Positions 8,602 through 16,082 of a DNA stretch of 64,000 nt are shown here, in pieces. Within the stretch, counting starts at the first letter, position 1. Every line of letters starts with the position of its first letter. Source of the DNA: Candidatus Daviesbacteria bacterium (GTDB lineage Bacteria > Patescibacteriota > Microgenomatia > Daviesbacterales > UBA10151). The DNA is taken from assembly GCA_016198275.1 (NCBI GenBank), contig JACQIX010000038.1:2340-66339 (forward strand), given 5' to 3'. The notes beneath the pieces are model-generated. The model saw only the letters and a program-made list of their open reading frames with translations, was not told the origin of the DNA and did not search any database. The position numbers and the translations under genes are program-made.

Positions 8602-8649
8602 GATCCCTCGACTTCGGGAAGTTTTACTTCCCTTCGCTCGGGATGACAA
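8602..8649. repeat. Right inverted repeat flanking the GIY-YIG cassette; contains an internal hairpin
   Basis: gatccctcgacttcgggaagttttacttcccttcgctcgggatgacaa, with the hairpin gggaagt-ttt-acttccc. It also supplies the last codons (IVIPSEGK) of the upstream gene. Confidence 0.7.
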
Positions 8650-9847
8650 TTTGTTTCTTACCGTAAGCCAGTTCTACCATGATCTTTGCCGTAGAAGTCA
8701 TTGGTGTTTCTTTGCCATAAATATGAAAATCAAAGCCTTCTTCCTTTCCTATTCTTTTCAACTCCTCAAAAGCCTCTTTATCCCTTGGTCCACCTCTTCT
8801 TATTACAATCGGATATGCAGGTCTAGGTTTTAGCTCTCTTAACCCTTCCACAAACCCCATTAAAGTTTCATAAATATCAGTAAAATTGGCAGTTCCCCCT
8901 ACAAACCAGCAACCTTTTAAGTTAGGTTTGGAAAGAACAATTTTGGTTAACTTTTTTAGCTTTTCCCTGGGAGGATTACCCGAGTGTTCCGTATAATTGG
9001 CAGGTTTTCCGCCCAAAGCAATTAAAGCATCCATATTTACAACAGATCCTCCGCCTCCCGCAGCCATCACCGCAATATCTCCGGGAAGGTCCCAATAAAC
9101 AGAACCTGAGGTTCCTCTATGATCTCCTTCATCAATTTTCCTGGCTTCAATTTCAGCCTTAGCTGGCGGCCTACCAAACAGATTCCTCTCTTCAAATTTT
9201 ACCTCTCTTCTAAAATCAGCATCATCATCTAAAATAACTTTAGCGTCCAAAGCCCAAACTTTACCATTTTTATCCAAACTTAACGGATTAATTTCTGCCA
9301 ATTCACAATCATATTTAATAAAAACTTCCCAAAGCTTTTTTGCAGTATCTACCAACTCCCCAGGTAGGTGTTTCAAAACTTCCTTATCAACCCCTATAAG
9401 AATGTTCACCTCAAAACTTTTGCTCTTACCCTTACTCTCCACTCCTGTCCCGCCTGCACCAAAAGTTAATACAGGCCCCCGAGTTTCTGTGCTATAAGAA
9501 AATGACAAGTAGTACTCTCTGACAATATCCACCATCTCCTCCACCAAAATCTTCTCTACTTTCTCGCCGTTAATAGTTCTTTGAAACAATTCTTTAATCT
9601 TAAATCTTAAATCATTAATCTTTGTTACCTTAACTATTCCCCCTGCATCAGCCCGTTTCCCTGATAAAACCTGAGCTTTTAAAACAACCTCCCCTGTCAT
9701 TCTGACTCTGAGCGAACCTGTACTGAGCGGAGTCGAAGTAGCCGAAGAGGAAGAATCTAATTTCTCAAATGTAATAAGCTGTGACTTTGGCACATTTATG
9801 CCGCAGATCTTAAAAAGTTCTTTCCCCTCAAATTCAAAAAGTTGCAT
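8624..9847 (-). CDS. ATP-grasp beta subunit, ATP-citrate lyase (AclB)-like
   Basis: The strings are GGKPANYTEHSGNPP, GGTANFTDI, IVIRRGGPRDKEA and HIYGKETPMT. As I recall them, these parallel the ACLY/AclB strings ANYGEYSGAPSE, GGSIANFTNV, FVRRGGPNYQEG and HVFGTETHMT rather than SucC. Confidence 0.75.
   Translation of the reverse strand: MQLFEFEGKELFKICGINVPKSQLITFEKLDSSSSATSTPLSTGSLRVRMTGEVVLKAQVLSGKRADAGGIVKVTKINDLRFKIKELFQRTINGEKVEKILVEEMVDIVREYYLSFSYSTETRGPVLTFGAGGTGVESKGKSKSFEVNILIGVDKEVLKHLPGELVDTAKKLWEVFIKYDCELAEINPLSLDKNGKVWALDAKVILDDDADFRREVKFEERNLFGRPPAKAEIEARKIDEGDHRGTSGSVYWDLPGDIAVMAAGGGGSVVNMDALIALGGKPANYTEHSGNPPREKLKKLTKIVLSKPNLKGCWFVGGTANFTDIYETLMGFVEGLRELKPRPAYPIVIRRGGPRDKEAFEELKRIGKEEGFDFHIYGKETPMTSTAKIMVELAYGKKQIVIPSEGK
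9693..9757. repeat. GC-rich dispersed repeat copy embedded in frame in the AclB-like gene
   Basis: cctgtcattctgactctgagcgaacctgtactgagcggagtcgaagtagccgaagaggaagaatc shares tgtcatYcYga, gagcgaa, gtcgaag and gaaRaatc with the GIY-YIG flanks. It encodes DSSSSATSTPLSTGSLRVRMTG. Confidence 0.55.
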
Positions 9848-9955
9848 AAGATTAGTAGAAGTATAGCAATTTCTTGTACTAAGTTGTAGTTGTATATGGG
9901 TGATATAATTATGTCTTGCTTCACAAGATTAATAATTATGAAAGGAGGTGATTTT

Positions 9956-10207
9956 ATGGAAAGAGAACCAATTCCTCAAGCTGTTACTCCAGTTGTTACA
10001 AAACCTGAGAGTGTTGAAGGTATTAAGAATTCAAGATTTCCAGAAAGGGTGGGTAGAACTAGACACTTGAAAGTAGCTGCAGATTCATTAACAGATGCAC
10101 TGCAAGTAGCTACAGTAGGAACAGTATCTAGACATGGCGAAATAACATCATATTTGGTAGACCGTGTTACCTTTACTAGCGTGAGTAGCATGGATGGAAG
10201 GGAATAA
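9956..10207 (+). CDS. Hypothetical 83-aa protein
   Basis: A very strong SD (aaaggaggtgatttt) precedes the ATG at 9956, which is internal to the tracked ORF 9890..10207. No motif was recognised. Confidence 0.55.
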   Translation: MEREPIPQAVTPVVTKPESVEGIKNSRFPERVGRTRHLKVAADSLTDALQVATVGTVSRHGEITSYLVDRVTFTSVSSMDGRE

Positions 10208-10241
10208 AGAAAGCGACCTGATTCCCAAAGTCATATTATAA

Positions 10242-10263
10242 CCCCCCTAGACATCTAGGGGGG
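10242..10263. terminator. Bidirectional terminator hairpin between convergent genes
   Basis: cccccctag-acat-ctagggggg forms a perfect 9-bp stem. It is flanked by T-rich tracts on both strands. Confidence 0.7.
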
Positions 10264-10267
10264 TTAA

Positions 10268-11554
10268 TTAAAGTTTTTTTCTGAATTGATCATAGCTGGT
10301 GAGATTTGGGGTATGCTCAGATATTTGATATTCTTGCTTTACTAAAATCTTAGTATTATCTTTAACATCCTGATATAAAGTAACCCCCGGGCCAACTAGT
10401 GAATTTGCCCCAATTTTAACCCCAGGCATGGTTGAAGCATTAACCCCTACTCTTGATCCTTGGCCGGCAATTAAGCCTAATTTATGTCTACCAGTATCAA
10501 CCTCTTTTTCAGCCACCCTGACTCTAATGGTATGATCATCCAGCCTTAAATTAGCCAATACCGCCCCGGAGCCCATGCCAAAATTTCCCTCAATCACAGA
10601 ATCTCCAATATAATTGGTATGGAACCAACAATTAGGGCCAATGTAGGATCTGGTAATATCAGAATTAAATCCTGTTACTACTCCCTCTTCCAAATTAGTT
10701 TCCCGCACCATGGAATTATTACCCACAACCACCCCTTTACCAATGTAACAAGGACCTTTAATCACAGCCCCTTCAAAAACTTTAGCGCCTTCTTCTATTA
10801 ATACCTTGCCTGTAATAATTGCCTTTTCAGACACATTTGCGTCCGAGTAAATTTTTTGTTCAATACTAGATAAAAAATAGCCCTGGATATCTAAAATCTG
10901 CCATGGATATTTAAGAGGAATCCATGGTCCATCATACTTTATAAACTTTACTTCTATTCCATCAACAATCATCTGGTTTAAAGCTTTTTCGTAAACATTA
11001 TCACTGCCTGAAGTAATTTTTTCTAAGTATTCCACTAATTTTTTACCATCTTTAAAATAATCCACCACCAGTTTTACTAAATCTGAAGGCTCATTCCTCT
11101 CTCCCGGCTTCTCTACTATCCCACTAACCTTGTCTCTATCTACCTTTAAATACCCTCCTGGAAAATATTTGTTTACTTTTAATGCTGCAAAAACTACCTC
11201 TGCTCCGCCTTTTGCTACTTCTGAATATATTTTTCCATCTAATAGATCCTCAGCATTAACTACCAAAATCTCCTCCTTTAAATATTCTTTTGCTGAAAGT
11301 AATCCATCAGCCATACCTTTGGGTTCACTTTGAACAACAACTTGATAAGTCAATTCCAGCTCTTTTGCAACCTTTTCAATATGGTCTTTATTTTGAGGGG
11401 TAGCCACAATAATAAATTCACCTTTTACATTATCTTTAATTTTTTTTAAATTATGGTACAAAAGAGGTTTTCCCAAAAAAGGAATTAAACATTTATCAGT
11501 TTGGATCGGCCACATCCTTTTACCTTCTCCACCAGCTAGAATTATTATCTTCAT
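10268..11554 (-). CDS. Sugar-phosphate nucleotidyltransferase with C-terminal left-handed beta-helix (GlmU / NDP-sugar pyrophosphorylase-like)
   Basis: MKIIILAGGEGKRMWP is the N-terminal signature. The C-terminal half is rich in hexapeptide repeats (IGxxxxI/V). Confidence 0.75.
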   Translation of the reverse strand: MKIIILAGGEGKRMWPIQTDKCLIPFLGKPLLYHNLKKIKDNVKGEFIIVATPQNKDHIEKVAKELELTYQVVVQSEPKGMADGLLSAKEYLKEEILVVNAEDLLDGKIYSEVAKGGAEVVFAALKVNKYFPGGYLKVDRDKVSGIVEKPGERNEPSDLVKLVVDYFKDGKKLVEYLEKITSGSDNVYEKALNQMIVDGIEVKFIKYDGPWIPLKYPWQILDIQGYFLSSIEQKIYSDANVSEKAIITGKVLIEEGAKVFEGAVIKGPCYIGKGVVVGNNSMVRETNLEEGVVTGFNSDITRSYIGPNCWFHTNYIGDSVIEGNFGMGSGAVLANLRLDDHTIRVRVAEKEVDTGRHKLGLIAGQGSRVGVNASTMPGVKIGANSLVGPGVTLYQDVKDNTKILVKQEYQISEHTPNLTSYDQFRKKL

Positions 11555-11580
11555 AATATATAACTATACATTAAACTAAG

Positions 11581-11652
11581 TAGCAGCGGCTGGAATCGGA
11601 CCAGCGGCCTATCGCTTATGAAACGATTGCTCTACCATTGAGCTACGCTGCC
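11581..11652 (-). tRNA. tRNA-Met (or Ile2), anticodon CAU
   Basis: The minus strand reads GGCAGCG-TA-GCTC-AATGGTA-GAGC-A-ATCGT-TTCATAA-GCGAT-AGGCC-GCTGG-TCCGATT-CCAGC-CGCTGCT-A. This is a full cloverleaf, and CCA is not encoded. Confidence 0.85.
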
Positions 11653-11718
11653 GTAAGGGAATTTTATCATATAACTGCTTGACGCAACCTGCAAAATAGG
11701 TTTACTCTTAAATTACTT

Positions 11719-13098
11719 ATGAATTCTTCTGAAAAACTATTTGAAAAAATGGCAGGCGTTCCAGCTGATATGTTAGGTAAAACCATTGAAGTATCAAAAA
11801 ATGTTGCTGACAGTTTTGATACTAGAAAACATATCCAAAGAGCTAAAGATTATTGGCATAATTTGGGACCGGGTTTAACAACCGGCGCAGCAGATGATGA
11901 TCCCTCCGGCATTACCACTTATTCACAAACCGGCGCCCAATACGGCTTTCAACTTCTCTGGTTGGCTCCTTTTACCTTCCCGCTCATGGCAATTATCCAA
12001 GAAATGTGTGCCAGAATCGGCTTGGTCACAGGCAGCGGTTTGGCTGCCAATATCAGACAACATTATCCCAGATGGGTCTTATACACCTGTACGGCATTAC
12101 TTTTTTTGGCAAATACCTTAAATATTGGTGCAGATTTAGGCGCCATGGCCAAAGGGGTACAGCTTATTTTCCCAGAATTCGGTTTTGTCAGCCTGGTGCT
12201 GTTTTTTGCTCTTTTTAGCCTGAGTTTGCAGATTTTTACCAGCTATGAAAGTTACGCCAAATACTTAAAGTGGCTGGCCTTAATATTGCTTTCTTACATC
12301 TTTGCCACCCTGGCTATTAAAGATTTGGATTGGAACCAAATTTTTATCTCCACCATTGTACCTTCAATCACCTTTTCCAAAGATCAGATCTTTTTGATTA
12401 CTGCAGTGCTTGGAACAACTATTTCACCTTATTTGTTTTTTTGGCAGACTTCGCAGGAGGTGGAGGAGGAAATTTTAGCCGGTAAAATCACTTTAAAACT
12501 TCGAAGAGGCACTAATGTGGAGGATGTTAAAAATATGCGTATAGATATTTGGTCAGGGATGTTTTTATCAAATTTAGTGATGTTTTTTATTATCGCTGCT
12601 TGCGGTGCGGTTCTTTTCAGTAGTGGCATTACTTCTATTGCCACTGCCGAGGATGCTGCGCGCGCTCTTAAACCAATTGCCGGGGATCAGGCTTATCTGC
12701 TGTTTGCCTTGGGAATAATTGGCACAGGACTGTTGGCTGTACCTATCCTAGCAGGATCTGCCTCATATGCTCTATCTGAAAGTTTTGGCTGGAAATTTGG
12801 TCTTTACAGAAAATTAAAAGAAGCCAATGCCTTTTATGGAGTCATTATTATTGCCACCATGGTTGGGCTAAGCATTAATCTGTTAGGATTTGACCCAATT
12901 AAGGCTCTCATTTATTCTGCTTTAGCCAACGGCATAATTGCACCGGTAATTTTAGTGTTAATTGTGATGATAAGCAGTAATAAAAAGATTATGGGAGAGT
13001 GGAAAAATAATCTGATTTTTGCTATTTTAGGCTGGCTGATTACCATCCTGATGATTATGGCAGGAATTGCCACCATATTCTCTTTACTCAACCCTTAA
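11719..13098 (+). CDS. mntH: NRAMP-family divalent metal transporter
   Basis: GPGLTTGAADDDPSGITTYSQTGAQYGFQLLW is the NRAMP signature, and the protein has many TM segments. Confidence 0.8.
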   Translation: MNSSEKLFEKMAGVPADMLGKTIEVSKNVADSFDTRKHIQRAKDYWHNLGPGLTTGAADDDPSGITTYSQTGAQYGFQLLWLAPFTFPLMAIIQEMCARIGLVTGSGLAANIRQHYPRWVLYTCTALLFLANTLNIGADLGAMAKGVQLIFPEFGFVSLVLFFALFSLSLQIFTSYESYAKYLKWLALILLSYIFATLAIKDLDWNQIFISTIVPSITFSKDQIFLITAVLGTTISPYLFFWQTSQEVEEEILAGKITLKLRRGTNVEDVKNMRIDIWSGMFLSNLVMFFIIAACGAVLFSSGITSIATAEDAARALKPIAGDQAYLLFALGIIGTGLLAVPILAGSASYALSESFGWKFGLYRKLKEANAFYGVIIIATMVGLSINLLGFDPIKALIYSALANGIIAPVILVLIVMISSNKKIMGEWKNNLIFAILGWLITILMIMAGIATIFSLLNP

Positions 13099-13117
13099 TA
13101 AGTATACCACATTTTAT

Positions 13118-13783
13118 TTAGCTTAAACACCCCTTTTGGAAGTAAGCAGGTTGTGCTGCCTCAGAATCCCTGGGTTTAAAACTTGGGTCATTAGGATTAA
13201 ATGTTCTAAGGCCTTCAAATCTTCCTTGCAAGTTTCCACTACCATCTCTTGTTATGTAATAAGTATGCATCTCTTTATAAGTAGTCAGACAATCTTCACC
13301 TGGTAATTTAAATCCTAAAGAGATTAAGTATTCTTCTCTGGGACCAAAACGAATAACAGGAAATTTTCTAACTGGACCTGCTTTCTCCAATGTTGGAGCG
13401 CAAAAGATTATACCTGGATTGGTGGATAAAACTTGGTCACGTTCATCGCTAATTAACCTAAATTCAGCGTCTTTTCTCAAAATAGTATCCAATACTAAAC
13501 TACCGCCCTGACGAGCTGGATCAAAAGAGAATTTTACAGCCTCTAAAAATGGATGTTGTAGAAAATCAATTCTTCCATCTGTTAATACACCGTTTGCCTC
13601 TGTTAAATCATAGGGACCTTGATTTGGACCATTACCTATAGATCTTATAGCGACAGTTGGCGTGAGAGAGGGCCGCTCAGGAAGTCTGCCACAAGCAGCC
13701 AGTAATAAAAATACACCAGCTCTGAAGCTAGTTGTAAAAAAATCTCTTCTACTTACTCTTTCCACATTTTCAATATAATACAA
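13118..13783 (-). CDS. Hypothetical exported lipoprotein with a twin-arginine-like signal
   Basis: The N-terminus reads SRRDFFTTSFRAGVFLLLAAC-G, which combines a TAT-like SRRxFF motif with a lipobox. Confidence 0.55.
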   Translation of the reverse strand: MYYIENVERVSRRDFFTTSFRAGVFLLLAACGRLPERPSLTPTVAIRSIGNGPNQGPYDLTEANGVLTDGRIDFLQHPFLEAVKFSFDPARQGGSLVLDTILRKDAEFRLISDERDQVLSTNPGIIFCAPTLEKAGPVRKFPVIRFGPREEYLISLGFKLPGEDCLTTYKEMHTYYITRDGSGNLQGRFEGLRTFNPNDPSFKPRDSEAAQPAYFQKGCLS

Positions 13784-14009
13784 GTGTAGTTTTGCCTTTA
13801 GTTGTTTTAAAATATTCTTCTCTTCTTATGGCATCCTTTTTACTTAAATATGCTTCATAGAAGATTAGCTTAAGTGGCATATAGCCTTTCGTAGATAAAT
13901 TTTCTCCATTATTATGACTTTTAAATCTTTTTCTTAAATCACCTGTGGATCCTACATAAATCCAATCACGGCTTAAACTTTGGAGTACATAAACATAATA
14001 GAATTTCAC
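13770..14009 (-). CDS. GIY-YIG nuclease family protein
   Basis: FYYVYVLQSLSRDWIYVGSTGDLRKRFKSHNNG is the N-terminal signature, and RREEYFK follows later. Confidence 0.8.
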   Translation of the reverse strand: MKFYYVYVLQSLSRDWIYVGSTGDLRKRFKSHNNGENLSTKGYMPLKLIFYEAYLSKKDAIRREEYFKTTKGKTTLVLY

Positions 14010-14021
14010 ACCTCTATCTTA

Positions 14022-14108
14022 CCAAAAAGAAAGGGGCGCACCATACGGTGCACCCCTCACTTACCTTCGTTGCAGGCTGCTGTGCAGTCATGCACCATTC
14101 GGTGCATG
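14022..14108 (-). terminator. Pair of GC-rich hairpins, the distal one followed by a T-run on the minus strand
   Basis: The hairpins are ggggcgcacc-atac-ggtgcacccc and catgcacc-attc-ggtgcatg. After the first, the minus strand continues ttcttttt. They lie downstream of the gene 14169..14750. Confidence 0.5.
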
Positions 14109-14168
14109 GTTGCGGGGGCGGGAGGCTGTTAGAACTTACATTTATGCCTGATACTGATGTTATTATGT

Positions 14169-14750
14169 TTATCTTAACAATGTGCCCAACCTAAACCTGA
14201 TTAGAATAGTTAAGAGTAGAGTAACTATCAAGATGTAGACAGGCCAAGCATAGTATGCAAAACTCCAAATATTTATAGTTAATAATGTTATTGCAGCAGA
14301 TGAAGCACCAAGGAGATATACTTTGTAATCTTCAGTTTCAGGTTCATAATAGGATTTTACTATTGTAGGTATAGCTGCTAATCCATCAGCTAGGATGCTA
14401 AATGCTATTGCAGCATTGCCAGTTTTTGTAATATACCAAAACAGTATACCTATTACAGAAATAGTACCACAGATCATGTCAAGCCGACCTAATCTCCAAT
14501 AGGACTTTTTATTAACAAATGAAGCAAGAAAAATCATAAGTGGGGTAAACCCTGTCATAAAAGTCATTAAGGATTGTAAACCAACACCTTGCTTAATTTG
14601 AGCAATAAAAGCAATAAATGGTATTATTGACCACAAAAGCCAAGTAACCCTATCTGGTTTTACCTTTCCCTTTATAGTATCAACAAAGTAACTAATGCTG
14701 CCAATAAGGTTAAGGATTGCTCCCACAATGACAAAATTTGGATGAAGCAT
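14169..14750 (-). CDS. Polytopic membrane protein, hypothetical
   Basis: The ORF encodes 193 aa with about 6 hydrophobic segments. No family was recognised. Confidence 0.6.
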   Translation of the reverse strand: MLHPNFVIVGAILNLIGSISYFVDTIKGKVKPDRVTWLLWSIIPFIAFIAQIKQGVGLQSLMTFMTGFTPLMIFLASFVNKKSYWRLGRLDMICGTISVIGILFWYITKTGNAAIAFSILADGLAAIPTIVKSYYEPETEDYKVYLLGASSAAITLLTINIWSFAYYAWPVYILIVTLLLTILIRFRLGTLLR

Positions 14751-14788
14751 ATTTTTGAGTATAACAGACTAGGAGGAAAAGATTTGTG

Positions 14789-15060
14789 TTGCGGGGGTGG
14801 GAATCGAACCCACTACCTCAAGATTATGCTCCGTTTTGCATTACTGCAAGGGTAGGACTATATCATCATCCTGTTCCGTACGGTACAGGAGTCCGGCGTG
14901 TAGTCTCTACGGGATCCTGAGTATTAATCGAAGGACTTCCCTCGGTATTACCTAGGTATTTAAACATTTAGGTTTCACCGATATAGCCAGATTCTCACAA
15001 AAAATTACTTTCTTGCGGGCCCAAACTGAGCCTTGTGTGCAGCCTTTACACTTCCCCGCG
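14789..15060 (-). tRNA. tRNA(CAU) gene (Met/fMet/Ile2 type) interrupted by a group I intron
   Basis: The 5' exon is 15060..15029 and the 3' exon is 14828..14789. Joined, they give a 72-nt cloverleaf with anticodon loop CUCAUAA, T arm GUGGG-UUCGAUU-CCCAC, and acceptor CGCGGGG/CCCCGCA with a C1xA72 mismatch. Confidence 0.8.
14829..15028 (-). ncRNA. Group I intron (IC3-like, about 200 nt), no ORF
   Basis: It is preceded by U and ends in G (..AAAACGGAG). It contains GGUGAAACCUAAAU and GUAGAGACUACACG, which closely match the core strings of the Azoarcus and Anabaena tRNA introns as I recall them. Exon GGCU can pair with intron GGCC to form P1 with a U.G pair. Confidence 0.75.
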
Positions 15061-15183
15061 AAAAGTATTGTAGCTTTCTTGCTTTTAGTTGTCAATCAAA
15101 CGAATAAATTGTGTTCAGGAGTTGCCAAATCCAAAGTAATTTAACACCATCTATTTATTAGAAAATTTTGGTATAATTAATTA

Positions 15184-15675
15184 ATGCAGCACATCCACGA
15201 AGATTACTTCAGGTCAGCGATGTTTGGACTCCAGGATGGTCTTGTTTCCACAACCGGGGTAGTAGTGGGAGTAAGCACCGGCGTTGAAGATAAAGCAATT
15301 ATCATTCTAGCCAGCTTAGTTACTGTGACTGTTGAAGCAACATCAATGGCTGCTGGTCAATATTCCTCTGAGAAAGCAGTCCATCAAATGGACAAATCTG
15401 GAAAACATACGGACAGTTTACTCCTTGGAGCTATAATTATGTTCCTGGCTTATTTTATGGCTGGAATGATACCTATCATTCCCACCATACTTCTCCCCCA
15501 GCCTAGTGCCAGGTTTGTAGCAATACTTGCAGCACTAACCGGCCTTTTTACAATTGGATTTATAAAAGGACATCTTGTTAACTCAAAACCCTTACGCTCA
15601 GCCGTGGAGCTTGCAGTGATAGGCGGTATAGCAACCTCTATCGGGCTAATCGTTGGCTACTTCCTTAAAATCTAA
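15184..15675 (+). CDS. VIT1/CCC1-family iron/manganese transporter
   Basis: FGLQDGLVSTTGVVVGV is the motif, and the remainder is TM-rich. Confidence 0.7.
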   Translation: MQHIHEDYFRSAMFGLQDGLVSTTGVVVGVSTGVEDKAIIILASLVTVTVEATSMAAGQYSSEKAVHQMDKSGKHTDSLLLGAIIMFLAYFMAGMIPIIPTILLPQPSARFVAILAALTGLFTIGFIKGHLVNSKPLRSAVELAVIGGIATSIGLIVGYFLKI

Positions 15676-15678
15676 AAA

Positions 15679-16053
15679 TCAGTGCCAGAATACCCTTAAC
15701 CAACCTAACCAATTTGGCAGCCTGATTTGAGCTGTCTGGCTTGCTCCCAAAATCATTTTTAATTTTTCCTCCGCAATTACTACCACACTCTCCCCTGTTT
15801 TAGAAAGGCCCAGTTTATTCCTAGCCTGCTCTTCTATAAATTCTACTGATTGAACTTGAAATAATTTTTGCTTTAATTCTTTATTCTTTATCTCCAGCTT
15901 ATAAACTGTTTCTGCTGCCGAGCTTAATCTTTCTCCGGATTTGACAGCTTCCATTATTTGAGCTATCAGATTATAAACTATTACTAAAACAACTAAAATA
16001 ATTAGACCTAAAAAAATTCTTTTAATCATTAAAAATAATTTGCTACTTGACAA
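15679..16053 (-). CDS. ftsB: Septum formation initiator (FtsB/DivIC-like)
   Basis: It has an N-terminal TM segment, then a coiled coil (LEIKNKELKQKL), then EEQARNKLGLSKTGE. Confidence 0.7.
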   Translation of the reverse strand: MSSSKLFLMIKRIFLGLIILVVLVIVYNLIAQIMEAVKSGERLSSAAETVYKLEIKNKELKQKLFQVQSVEFIEEQARNKLGLSKTGESVVVIAEEKLKMILGASQTAQIRLPNWLGWLRVFWH

Positions 16054-16082
16054 AAATACCCTATAACATTAAGCTAAATGTT

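Noticed and set aside
14930-14950. RNase P RNA, suggested by the GAGGGAAGTCC string resembling the conserved GAGGAAAGTCC
   Set aside because: It is an isolated short match. It lies inside the group I intron, no other RNase P conserved regions are present, and the locus ends in a tRNA T arm.
14789-15060. tmRNA (ssrA), suggested by the tRNA-like 3' end GGTTCGATTCCCACCCCCGCA and the ~270 nt length
   Set aside because: The 5' end does not resemble the tmRNA GGGG..acceptor/D-analog region. No plausible tag ORF ends in hydrophobic residues; the best frame gives AISVKPKCLNT. The two ends join into a complete ordinary tRNA cloverleaf with an intact anticodon arm, which tmRNA lacks.
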